DNA of 42,060 nucleotides from a virus: UHGV virus genome UHGV-0469413; one strand, 5' to 3'. Shown piece by piece: positions 37,201 to 42,060 of this stretch (position 1 is its first letter; each line of letters starts with the position of its first letter). The notes under the pieces were generated by a model. It saw only the letters and a program-made list of their open reading frames with translations, ran no database searches and was not told where the DNA came from. The position numbers and the translations under genes were made by a program.

Positions 37201-39658
37201 TGAATTGGACAAGCGTGGACAGGCAAAAAAGCACATATACAGCAAGGGTGGAGGAATCATTCCGGCGGAGCTGATCCAACAGAAGGACAGCGACAACGGA
37301 AAAACGAAAACCTCCGTCCTGGGACGCATGAATCCAAAGCCTAAACCGGTGCGGGTAACAGAGCAGGACGTGCAGAGGATCACCAGTGTTCTTACACCGA
37401 AGCAGATTGCATTTGCGGACAAATTGCAATTCTTCCTTGGACACGTAACGTCTGAGTGGGGAAATGAGACATCGATGAAAATGTACGGATACAAAAAGTT
37501 CACGGCGCAAAATTATTTTCCGATTGAAGTGTATGACAACGCTATCCACAAAGACACGGTTGACGTGGGCATGAATGCGCTTGCAAGCATCAAAAACATC
37601 GGCGCAGCCAAAGCAACCAGCGAGAAAGCCGGAAATGCCCTGGTCCTGAATGATATTATGGACGTGTATATCAAGCACTCGAACCAGATGAGCATCTATA
37701 ACGCCATGCTGGAGCCGCTATCGGATTTCCAGAAAGTCTATAATTACAAATCTGGGGAGGCCGGAAATGTAAAAGAAGAAATCGAACGAGCGTGGGGGAA
37801 GGGAGGAGCCAAATATCTTGACACGCTGATCAAGGACATCAATGGAAGGGTGGACAACCCTGACCCTGGAATGTACGGAAAACTAATGCAGAACATGAAA
37901 GCGGCGGCGGTCGCGGGTAACCTGCGCGTTGCAATCCAGCAGCCTACGGCAATGGTCAGAGCTGCGGCAGAGCTGTCCCTGATGGACCTGGGGAAAGGTG
38001 CGGTCACAAAATCGCCCACTCTGAGCAGGAAAGAGCAGTGGGCCGTCATGTGTAAGTACGCCCCGATCACGCAGTGGAAAGACTGGGGATTCTTCAAGAT
38101 GGACGTCTCGAGGTCTATGCGAGATGTATTGATGGGGCCGGAATCCAAAAAGCAATCCTTTGTGGACAAGACCATGTGGTTAGCAGCAAAAGGTGATGAA
38201 TGGGCCTGGAGACGCATGTGGAACGCCTGCGAATATGAAGTCATGAGGAGCAATCCAGAATTGGAGCCTGGGAGTGATGCCTATTACCGAAAAGTCGGGA
38301 GCCGGTTCTCGACAGTGATTGACAAAACCCAGGTGGTGGACTCCGTGCTGCACCGGACGCAGATCATGCGCAACTCGGATGGACTTGTTAAGATGTCCGT
38401 CGCATTCATGAACGAGCCACTTAAAAGTTATAACATGGTTTACCGGGCTTTTGTGGATGCCCAGGAGAGCGGAAACTATAAGGCCGTAAGAACCGCGGCG
38501 GTAATATATGCTGCGAATGCGATCACGACGGCCCTGGCGGCATCCCTGATCGATATGATACGGGATGATGATAAGGACAAGAAATTGTGGGAGAAATACC
38601 TGAATGCCCTGATGGGGAATGCCGTTGACGGACTGAATCCACTCAACATGATCCCGCTCGTGAAAGATATCTGGTCCATTTTCCAGGGCTATTCCACGAA
38701 ACGTACCGATTTAAGCGGAATTGAGGACATCGAGAGAGTAACCGGAAAGTGGGTGCAATATTTCCAGGGAGACAGCAAGTATACAATCCCATATCTTCTC
38801 ATGGAAACCATGGACTCGACAAGCATCATAACGGGGATACCGGTCAGAAGCTTGAACCGGGATATCACAAAACCGCTGATAAGATCGCTATACAGTGTTT
38901 TGGACGGAGACGAATACCGCGCAATGAAACTGAAACATGATATAGGAAGCGAGAAGAACCTGGGATACTATGCCGAAATGATGGTAGACGCCATGCTTGC
39001 AGGGGATAGTGCGAAGATGGAGCAGATCAAGGCGGACATGCTGGAGGCCGGCCTGGAAAAAGAAGATATTTCGAGTAGATACGACTCAAAATATAAGGAA
39101 TATCTGAAAGATAATGTTCCTGAAATCGAGGAGGCGGCACAGGCCAGAATCGACGGGAATCCGGAGGAATACAAGCGCCTGTATGATGATCTTGTTGCTG
39201 CCGGTTACGATCCCTCATACGTCAAAAAGGCAATCGACACAGCCACGAATAAGCTGAGATCAGGCGCAGAGGAAAGCGAGGAGGGAACAGAAGAGAATAA
39301 GGAAGAGGAACCAAAGGTCGAGAGCATATACTCAACCTATGACCTGCTGTCGGGGGTTGAACAGGTGTCAAACACGACACAGAGCCTAAAGGCATTTGGC
39401 GTGGTGGCGGAGGACATGTACCAGGCCAAACTCAGCAATGGAAAAAAGAAGAGCGAGGCCATTGGAGAAATCAAGTCTCTGATCACCAAAGCGTACAAGA
39501 AGCAATGGATTGAGGCATACCAGCGAAAAGACAAAGCCACGTACCAGGCAATCCAAAATAAACTGAAATATCTCAAAATCGGAGGTGTAACAATATATGG
39601 AAATAGCGATTGGGAAAACTGGCTAAAAGAAGCTAAAAAGTCAGAAAAAAAGAAGTAA
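31244..39658 (+). CDS. Giant (2804 aa) virion-associated polyvalent protein. It has a Gly/Ala-rich hydrophobic segment, an HExxH zincin-like metallopeptidase motif (AAHELTHY) and extensive coiled coils; candidate ejection/internal protein or tape-measure analogue.
   Basis: Single uninterrupted ORF of 8415 nt. Hydrophobic stretch AIGNMAPSIATGTIAGKAAGTG. HExxH at aa ~880. Confidence 0.8.
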   Translation: MALSENEKRRFENRYRGIADQNSDPFESLPDSVKARLYKRKSTLEKNAGDVPASKRKHIYSEFGTGVETEFRNNLPGLAQEYARKRAERERTLPLIGVGVYETMTGNNMPSLALEYAQERAAQGYKRPTLRDPEFAVEVAQNAYTGFQVAQRAMQESPSARSTAADYVSQRKPYSLRQTPYDQDLQKYAPQKVEEKSREKDFRNVGFYDHNNEFVRFDSLERQPDYNDIVAQSKRNGNPLEDYYNNPINRRLASMGKTDEDIISLTNNFDSASSRTRKYALMSDQERNNYNYIYGKAGKSAAEQYLDALQSTISQRGAAAQYAESKATPGLLRVPSNIGKSFEGGAKGAIEGFAALPDFLTGTAKDYVPKEHEYLQSMLLEEASWPEGLAYKAASAIGNMAPSIATGTIAGKAAGTGSRLARWAAGGTAQEAIFATQTAGQTYREDIMEGRPVEGAQTNAIFTAIDEAATNWLLGGISSLGGGTAKKLLGNTKVAKAAKQGISNALARNPAIRRAVMGAMNYGGDMLSEGTQEATQDFTEAIRKHLIYGDKLDLKGVATDPQTWEDFLLGAITAGTMNAPGAIANNVAINHYGKSIDHDYRDVAAGIDTRPESYATAEDQQQAVNLHSLAQEYAARQANKETISNRDKAEFELQLESFNYGAQARKKALDSIFAEDQEPPAQQNHEPGGEQPDAPVQRPTMSQNSPEAAQMREAAPTAQKVDSVAYNAPESNVSALEEWAKPFGAEGREAFKAVYDGETDLGAYYRAFGRAYNIGRYNMEPTPQQRAEAAVILGVDGFSEAFKAGVHDQPQIQYDSKTGSLNGMVKGAPKEGGLGTVAQSATEAQKKVATHIGKLTGLQIDLVDGLNNQNAAASYSKGKITLSVNSSDFMGSAAHELTHYIKDYAPDAYQVYSDHAVRAITEAQGVDLETMINDYISTYEQQTGQQLSREEAVDEIVADATQKFLNDPDFINRAIKEDSTIGQRIIDFLTDVIDAIKELVKVGSTRRAAKALEENLQYFEHCRQEWMTGLEEAGERYKAGWETETKAEPKYKLEKPDQVTDENIEQNYETVRNMEPVAILKGTEFDRGEKTLRDQVMDYYSSIGKVHNDVVGDIYLTKDSVKDDIAHGVGRAKAITFAAVPDILKQGKVLQYNKNWKDRGYDSIILGAPITIESGKNVGDYYGLAIVKVLDDNRLYLHEVYAQKMEANVPFKTPDLKTGNTRSGDTTLPSIYSIFGKLLEVNNGQKYYRFSNSETPMSEYGHAMFSENEGSVSGYGENEYIYDGKNAVPIESLKDLIVKKWDEAIENGMEPIGYENLTGEEVYQEFDPSDIVMSAQAWDNGELLTWFYENVALENDITAVTTKDGAIVFDENLIKKKIEEDISYQLEDVDNVDARALQQENKTLREANELLRRELELTGKTEPRLSDVKKVATELLRQHNSDYRHETLTRNLIGLYEYLRSADQVDMAQAAELAAGIAKGVLKKAKSTSEYAQQYEDLRQQIRDTKIQITDQDKADLMRMGGYNNFRKQYFGKMKLGNDGISIDAFYQELADQHPELFDANVTHPADQLMAVATAIDTMTAQVANPYGADMDEMSYIVGQEILQAYSKVREVPATFADKKAAELQQVRRDYNKKMAEYKNDLKKKYDQALKEVWRENSSKIEELAKEYRELKDARMVDRAEYRTKMERLRNDKNLALAAMQQRHREQLQQRRDSLRAREAKKRIIKDTREMHRWLTEPNDKKHVPESLRTPVAQFLLSIDFSSDWTDENGGPAQRTIVWKDISKQLNNIVEAGGVVQEPGEQRILNVDPALPEKINELADKVKLLPSLDELDANQLERLQESVTAMKKLIQDANQMISNANYRSVETAATSFLSDVSKKKDAVEFSENSYVGKGKNMFQNDLLDSNSAFYRMGPVMRSIYQEIRDAEDRHTANLVTMERYFRDTCQELGITKEELREWTGPKAKQMTFIVDGKAVKMTAAQLMTLYELDKRGQAKKHIYSKGGGIIPAELIQQKDSDNGKTKTSVLGRMNPKPKPVRVTEQDVQRITSVLTPKQIAFADKLQFFLGHVTSEWGNETSMKMYGYKKFTAQNYFPIEVYDNAIHKDTVDVGMNALASIKNIGAAKATSEKAGNALVLNDIMDVYIKHSNQMSIYNAMLEPLSDFQKVYNYKSGEAGNVKEEIERAWGKGGAKYLDTLIKDINGRVDNPDPGMYGKLMQNMKAAAVAGNLRVAIQQPTAMVRAAAELSLMDLGKGAVTKSPTLSRKEQWAVMCKYAPITQWKDWGFFKMDVSRSMRDVLMGPESKKQSFVDKTMWLAAKGDEWAWRRMWNACEYEVMRSNPELEPGSDAYYRKVGSRFSTVIDKTQVVDSVLHRTQIMRNSDGLVKMSVAFMNEPLKSYNMVYRAFVDAQESGNYKAVRTAAVIYAANAITTALAASLIDMIRDDDKDKKLWEKYLNALMGNAVDGLNPLNMIPLVKDIWSIFQGYSTKRTDLSGIEDIERVTGKWVQYFQGDSKYTIPYLLMETMDSTSIITGIPVRSLNRDITKPLIRSLYSVLDGDEYRAMKLKHDIGSEKNLGYYAEMMVDAMLAGDSAKMEQIKADMLEAGLEKEDISSRYDSKYKEYLKDNVPEIEEAAQARIDGNPEEYKRLYDDLVAAGYDPSYVKKAIDTATNKLRSGAEESEEGTEENKEEEPKVESIYSTYDLLSGVEQVSNTTQSLKAFGVVAEDMYQAKLSNGKKKSEAIGEIKSLITKAYKKQWIEAYQRKDKATYQAIQNKLKYLKIGGVTIYGNSDWENWLKEAKKSEKKK

Positions 39659-39662
39659 AATC

Positions 39663-39691
39663 TTGACAATTTCTGCCCTGGCTGGTATTAT
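39663..39691 (+). promoter_or_regulatory. Consensus sigma70 promoter P1 (TTGACA-17-TATTAT) for small RNA 1
   Basis: Perfect -35 at 39663-39668 and -10 at 39686-39691 with a 17-nt spacer, 5 nt after the giant gene's stop. Confidence 0.7.
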
Positions 39692-39725
39692 GTTGACATA
39701 GCATTTGCTATCAGGCATATTGCCT

Positions 39726-39755
39726 GTTCAGGGGTTTTCCTCTGTGAATTGAAAC
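39726..39755 (+). CRISPR. Solitary CRISPR repeat-like unit, type I-C-like: GUUCAGGGG-UUUU-CCUCUG stem-loop plus UGAAUUGAAAC handle
   Basis: 30 nt. Architecture (GU, 6-7 bp GC stem, 4-nt loop, UG(G/A)AUUGAAAY 3' handle) matches subtype I-C repeats such as GTCGC...GCGTGGATTGAAAT. There is no array. Confidence 0.55.
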
Positions 39756-39796
39756 ATGTAGTTTAGTATTTATGCAGTGGCTAATACTACAGGAAA

Positions 39797-39828
39797 AAGC
39801 GCTTGAAGTAATTCCGGCGCTTTTTTTG
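39797..39828 (+). terminator. Intrinsic terminator of RNA 1 (AGCGC...GCGCU stem plus U7)
   Basis: GC stem followed by TTTTTTT at 39821-39827. Confidence 0.65.
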
Positions 39829-39864
39829 TTGCTGTCTGATGGCATTTTCAGCGGACAAAAAATC

Positions 39865-39893
39865 TTGACAATTCCCGTCCGGGTTGATATTAT
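39865..39893 (+). promoter_or_regulatory. Consensus sigma70 promoter P2 (TTGACA-17-TATTAT) for small RNA 2
   Basis: Perfect hexamers with a 17-nt spacer. Confidence 0.7.
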
Positions 39894-39926
39894 ATTGATA
39901 TGGCATTTGCTATTGGGCATACGCCC

Positions 39927-39956
39927 GTTCAGGGGTTTTCCCCTGTGAATTGAAAT
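39927..39956 (+). CRISPR. Second solitary type I-C-like repeat unit (perfect CAGGGG/CCCCUG stem)
   Basis: 30 nt, one stem mismatch fewer than copy 1. Identical 3' handle UGAAUUGAAAU. Confidence 0.55.
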
Positions 39957-39981
39957 CTATTTTTTAAAGTTTCAGAAACGG

Positions 39982-40012
39982 AAAGCGCTTAGAGTATTCT
40001 AAGCGCTTTTTG
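39982..40012 (+). terminator. Strong intrinsic terminator of RNA 2 (12-bp perfect stem AAGCGCTTAGA / TCTAAGCGCTT, 5-nt loop, T-run)
   Basis: Perfect inverted repeat followed by TTTTT. Confidence 0.8.
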
Positions 40013-40066
40013 TGTAGAAGCGACAAATATTTCTTGCAAATAAAAATATTAATACGTTTAAGTATT

Positions 40067-40099
40067 ATTGCACAAAACATAAGTTAAAATTTGTGCAAT
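40067..40099. promoter_or_regulatory. Operator-like palindrome ATTGCACAAA-N13-TTTGTGCAAT in the AT-rich promoter region of the acidic-protein/Cas8c-HTH operon
   Basis: 10-bp perfect inverted repeat ~70 bp upstream of the 40168 start. Flanked by a second inverted pair AATATTAATAC (40045-40055) / GTATTAATAT (40125-40134). Confidence 0.5.
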
Positions 40100-40167
40100 A
40101 TTTCTGTTTACAATAATACGCAAAAGTATTAATATATAGATATAAGATATCAGCGGAGGTAATCAAT

Positions 40168-40509
40168 ATGAGTAAGATTTGGGGAATCAGATACGATGAC
40201 AGAGATTACAATATTGGCGACGAGATCACACCAAGCCACAAGTACGATCTTGGAGTTGATACCGGGGAAGAGCTTTCCGGCACTTCGGCTATTATGGTAT
40301 CTGATGAATCCGACTTCCTTGAATACCTCGATGGCGAATTAGAAGCGGATTGTGGAGAACTGGACCGCTACAATGAAGCGCTCAACGCCAGTTACAACGG
40401 CACCCATGTATACCTCGTTATGATCGACTCCTCTTGGGGTTGGGAGTACGGAGAGGACGAGCACGAGATTGTTATGCGTGGCCCGGAGGTCGTGCGCAAG
40501 ATAAGATAG
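40168..40509 (+). CDS. Small strongly acidic protein (net charge about -18); anti-CRISPR / DNA-mimic candidate
   Basis: 113 aa. About 27 Asp+Glu versus 9 Lys+Arg. RBS GCGGAGGTAA. First gene of a two-gene operon downstream of the operator palindrome. Confidence 0.65.
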   Translation: MSKIWGIRYDDRDYNIGDEITPSHKYDLGVDTGEELSGTSAIMVSDESDFLEYLDGELEADCGELDRYNEALNASYNGTHVYLVMIDSSWGWEYGEDEHEIVMRGPEVVRKIR

Positions 40510-40521
40510 GGAGGTAAGAAA

Positions 40522-41418
40522 ATGATGTATAAGGATCTTCTGGAACTGTATGACAAGTTGGAACCGTATAACGTGGTGGCTCCACCAGCTCACACAACTA
40601 TTACGCCCAAGATCGGCGTATTGCTTGATCCTAACGGGAATTTTATGGGGGCCACGTATGTGAATGAGACAGCAATTGTCCCTTGCACAGAAAAGTCGGA
40701 ATATCGTACCTCTGGCCCTTATCCGCACCTGATCCATGATAACTTGTCATATGTCGGGAACCTTCCGGGATATGAGAGTCGTTTTGAGTTATACATCTCG
40801 CAATTGGAGGATTATGTAGCGCATGTAGATGATCCATTGGCCCGCGCGGTATGTGAGCACGTGAAAACTGGTATGCTCCTTGCGGAGATTCAGCCAATCA
40901 TAAGTGCGATCAAGTTGGCAATCTCCGCAGATAAGATACCGATTGTTTTCGGCATTCCCGGCCTGAAAACTACAGTGAGTCAATCGTGGACTGAATACTA
41001 CGTCAATCAGCTTCCGATCAATGGAGTATGCGCTATTACCGGTGAACCGGCATATATCCCGGAGGGATATCCCAAAAATCTGAGAAAGCAAGGGGACATG
41101 GCAAAACTGTTCCAGTTAAACTCGAAAAAGGCGATTAGTTATGCCCCTATCTGTGCGCCTGGATATATCGCAAGTCAGAAAATATGTCATACGCTCCAGT
41201 GGCTCACATCTGCGCCAGATATTACAGTTGGAAACGATGAGGGGCCGCTGTATAATTACATTCCACTGAAAGAATATGCGGAGCTTCATGATGTTAACCC
41301 GGCGAATGTCCGGCAGAAAATTTTGCGTGGTACCCTACCTGCGAAAAAGATAGGTTCTGAATGGTTTCTGGATATCAACACGCCGTATACAGACGCGCGT
41401 AGAAAAGAGGGAGAATAG
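40522..41418 (+). CDS. Fusion protein: Cas8c (Csd1, type I-C large subunit) N-terminal-like domain plus C-terminal HTH_17/excisionase-type DNA-binding domain (Aca-like)
   Basis: The N-terminal ~130 aa (MMYKDLLELYDKL...HTTITPKIGVLLDPNGNF...AIVPCTEKSEYRTSGPYPHLIHDNLSYVGNLPGY) match my recollection of the Cas8c N-terminal signature (VLDxxGN ... VPxxxxRTSGxxP..L.D..xYV.G). The C-terminal LKEYAELHDVNPANVRQKILRGTLPAKKIGSEWFL is a classic HTH_17. RBS GGGAGGTAAG. The stop codon TAG is the first 3 nt of the cassette repeat. Confidence 0.6.
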   Translation: MMYKDLLELYDKLEPYNVVAPPAHTTITPKIGVLLDPNGNFMGATYVNETAIVPCTEKSEYRTSGPYPHLIHDNLSYVGNLPGYESRFELYISQLEDYVAHVDDPLARAVCEHVKTGMLLAEIQPIISAIKLAISADKIPIVFGIPGLKTTVSQSWTEYYVNQLPINGVCAITGEPAYIPEGYPKNLRKQGDMAKLFQLNSKKAISYAPICAPGYIASQKICHTLQWLTSAPDITVGNDEGPLYNYIPLKEYAELHDVNPANVRQKILRGTLPAKKIGSEWFLDINTPYTDARRKEGE

Positions 41419-42032
41419 TGATTTAGGCGATCTTTCAACTGATCTATCCAATATCCATACAGAACTGACCCCGCTTAAATCCTATTACGTTAATAATATC
41501 AACAACAACATAGTTAATAAGGTTAATATTGTGCTGTGGGATGCCAACACTGCGGATTCACCATTCAAGGCTGGCAATACCATCCGCGGTAATGGTTTTT
41601 GTATTACTTATAGTTCTGGAGAACCTTACCTTTGCCAGCTCGCTATGGCCGTGGGAGACTCTAATTTGTTTACCCGACACCGCAGTCAGGAGGGATGGAG
41701 CGGATGGACTACCAAATGATCAATCAGCAGCAATATAAGCAAAATTTATGGTGCACTGTTCGTTCATCATTGCTGTAGGTATATTACATAGCAACATACC
41801 ATCCAAGTCTAGTAAGCCAAAAGAAGCAACCTTTGCATACCCCGTAATTTGAAAAGCAACTTTGTATTTAGGGCGCACTGCAAGCCCTGCTAATGTAAGG
41901 GGTGTTCCAGCCTGATTAGGAACAATAATACCGGAAACAAGGCAAATTTTTCCTAGTTGTCTACATTCAACACTAGCGCTGGTTAATCCCGCAGCATTGG
42001 CACCAAAATCAAATGCTAAATCACTATATTGA
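41416..42032. repeat. Second, exact 617-bp copy of the fibre C-terminal invertible cassette (identical to 23305-23921) including both 11-bp inverted repeats (41416-41426, 42016-42026)
   Basis: Base-for-base identity checked across all lines. Identical translated ORFs at 23418/41529 and the identical minus-strand cassette. Confidence 0.9.
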
Positions 42033-42046
42033 AGAATAATAACCAT
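41720..42046 (-). CDS. Alternative fibre receptor-binding domain as a free-standing 108-aa ORF (ATG inside the terminal inverted repeat); expression doubtful
   Basis: MVIILQY plus the SDL-AFDFGANAAG... cassette. No convincing RBS upstream of the ATG. Confidence 0.3.
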   Translation of the reverse strand: MVIILQYSDLAFDFGANAAGLTSASVECRQLGKICLVSGIIVPNQAGTPLTLAGLAVRPKYKVAFQITGYAKVASFGLLDLDGMLLCNIPTAMMNEQCTINFAYIAAD

Positions 42047-42060
42047 AAGCCTATATGCGC
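42040..42060. repeat. Right copy of the 21-bp perfect terminal inverted repeat; candidate attP P arm or element terminus
   Basis: Exact reverse complement of positions 1-21. Confidence 0.8.

Larger units (their letters stand above)
39698..39828 (+). ncRNA. Small structured RNA 1: 5' hairpins, then a type I-C CRISPR-repeat-like unit (39726-39755), then a 41-nt unique (spacer-like) segment, then a terminator
   Basis: Bounded by promoter P1 and terminator. The 57-nt conserved 5' core is shared with RNA 2, with compensatory changes in hairpin stems. Confidence 0.6.
39900..40012 (+). ncRNA. Small structured RNA 2: paralogue of RNA 1 with a perfect repeat-like stem (39927-39956), a 25-nt unique segment and a strong terminator
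   Basis: Same 57-nt core. Repeat-like unit GUUCAGGGG-UUUU-CCCCUG-UGAAUUGAAAU. Confidence 0.6.

Noticed and set aside
36599-37678. 359-aa minus-strand ORF inside the giant gene
   Set aside because: It would interrupt an otherwise continuous 8.4-kb sense ORF. No RBS. A spurious open frame is the likelier reading.
39660-40015. Type III toxin-antitoxin (ToxIN-like) RNA repeats
   Set aside because: ToxI-type antitoxins are short (~36 nt) tandem repeats in one transcript followed by the toxin gene. Here each ~130-nt unit has its own promoter and terminator, and no endoribonuclease-like gene follows.
39660-40015. Bona fide CRISPR array
   Set aside because: There are only two repeat-like units, ~200 bp apart, each in a separate transcription unit with extra 5' structure. 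No leader, no regular spacing and no cas operon.
23305-42032. The 617-bp direct repeat as a terminal redundancy or attL/attR pair
   Set aside because: The copies are not at the element ends (the first is mid-genome inside the fibre gene). Each carries internal inverted repeats and coding cassettes, unlike att sites.
1-42060. A Hin/Gin/Cin-type small serine invertase gene next to the invertible segment
   Set aside because: I searched the ORF track for a ~190-aa resolvase-domain protein and found none. The only serine recombinase is the 528-aa integrase.

Overview
The window reads as a complete ~42 kb temperate phage or excised prophage of a low-GC Gram-positive (Clostridia-like) host. Host inference rests on GGAGG ribosome-binding sites, CW_binding_1 and CW_7 cell-wall-binding repeats, and a Prp protease. 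The window termini are a perfect 21-bp inverted repeat, so joining the ends would give a 42-bp palindrome next to a large serine integrase, which looks like attP P/P' arms. Gene order left to right is: serine integrase (19-1605, -), two membrane morons, cI-like repressor with a divergent switch region, early genes (ParA, HNH, ParB-like, sigma-region-4-like regulator, ASCH, PAPS-reductase-family IbrA-like protein), an internal tyrosine recombinase plus HUH Rep, TerS, TerL, portal, Prp protease, scaffold, major capsid protein, a fibre gene, an XkdX-holin-CHAP endolysin cassette, connector and tail genes, two appendage proteins with S74 autochaperone domains, a CW_7/QNY-rich protein and a 2804-aa virion protein with an HExxH motif. 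The fibre gene's C-terminal receptor-binding domain sits in a ~611-bp invertible cassette. The late layout resembles a phi29-like podovirus more than a siphovirus. The most unusual region is the accessory locus at 39660-41418. It holds two tandem small-RNA genes, each with a consensus sigma70 promoter and an intrinsic terminator, whose conserved core looks like a solitary type I-C CRISPR repeat (stem-loop followed by a UGAAUUGAAAU handle) and then a spacer-length unique segment. Downstream is a palindromic operator, a strongly acidic 113-aa protein, and a 298-aa protein that appears to fuse a Cas8c (Csd1) N-terminal-like domain to an HTH_17 DNA-binding domain. I interpret this as a candidate RNA-plus-protein anti-CRISPR locus (or mini-array) aimed at type I-C systems. 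An exact 617-bp second copy of the fibre cassette lies directly after this locus, next to the att/integrase end. Everything is called by eye from the sequence and the ORF track, so family assignments need HMM or BLAST confirmation.
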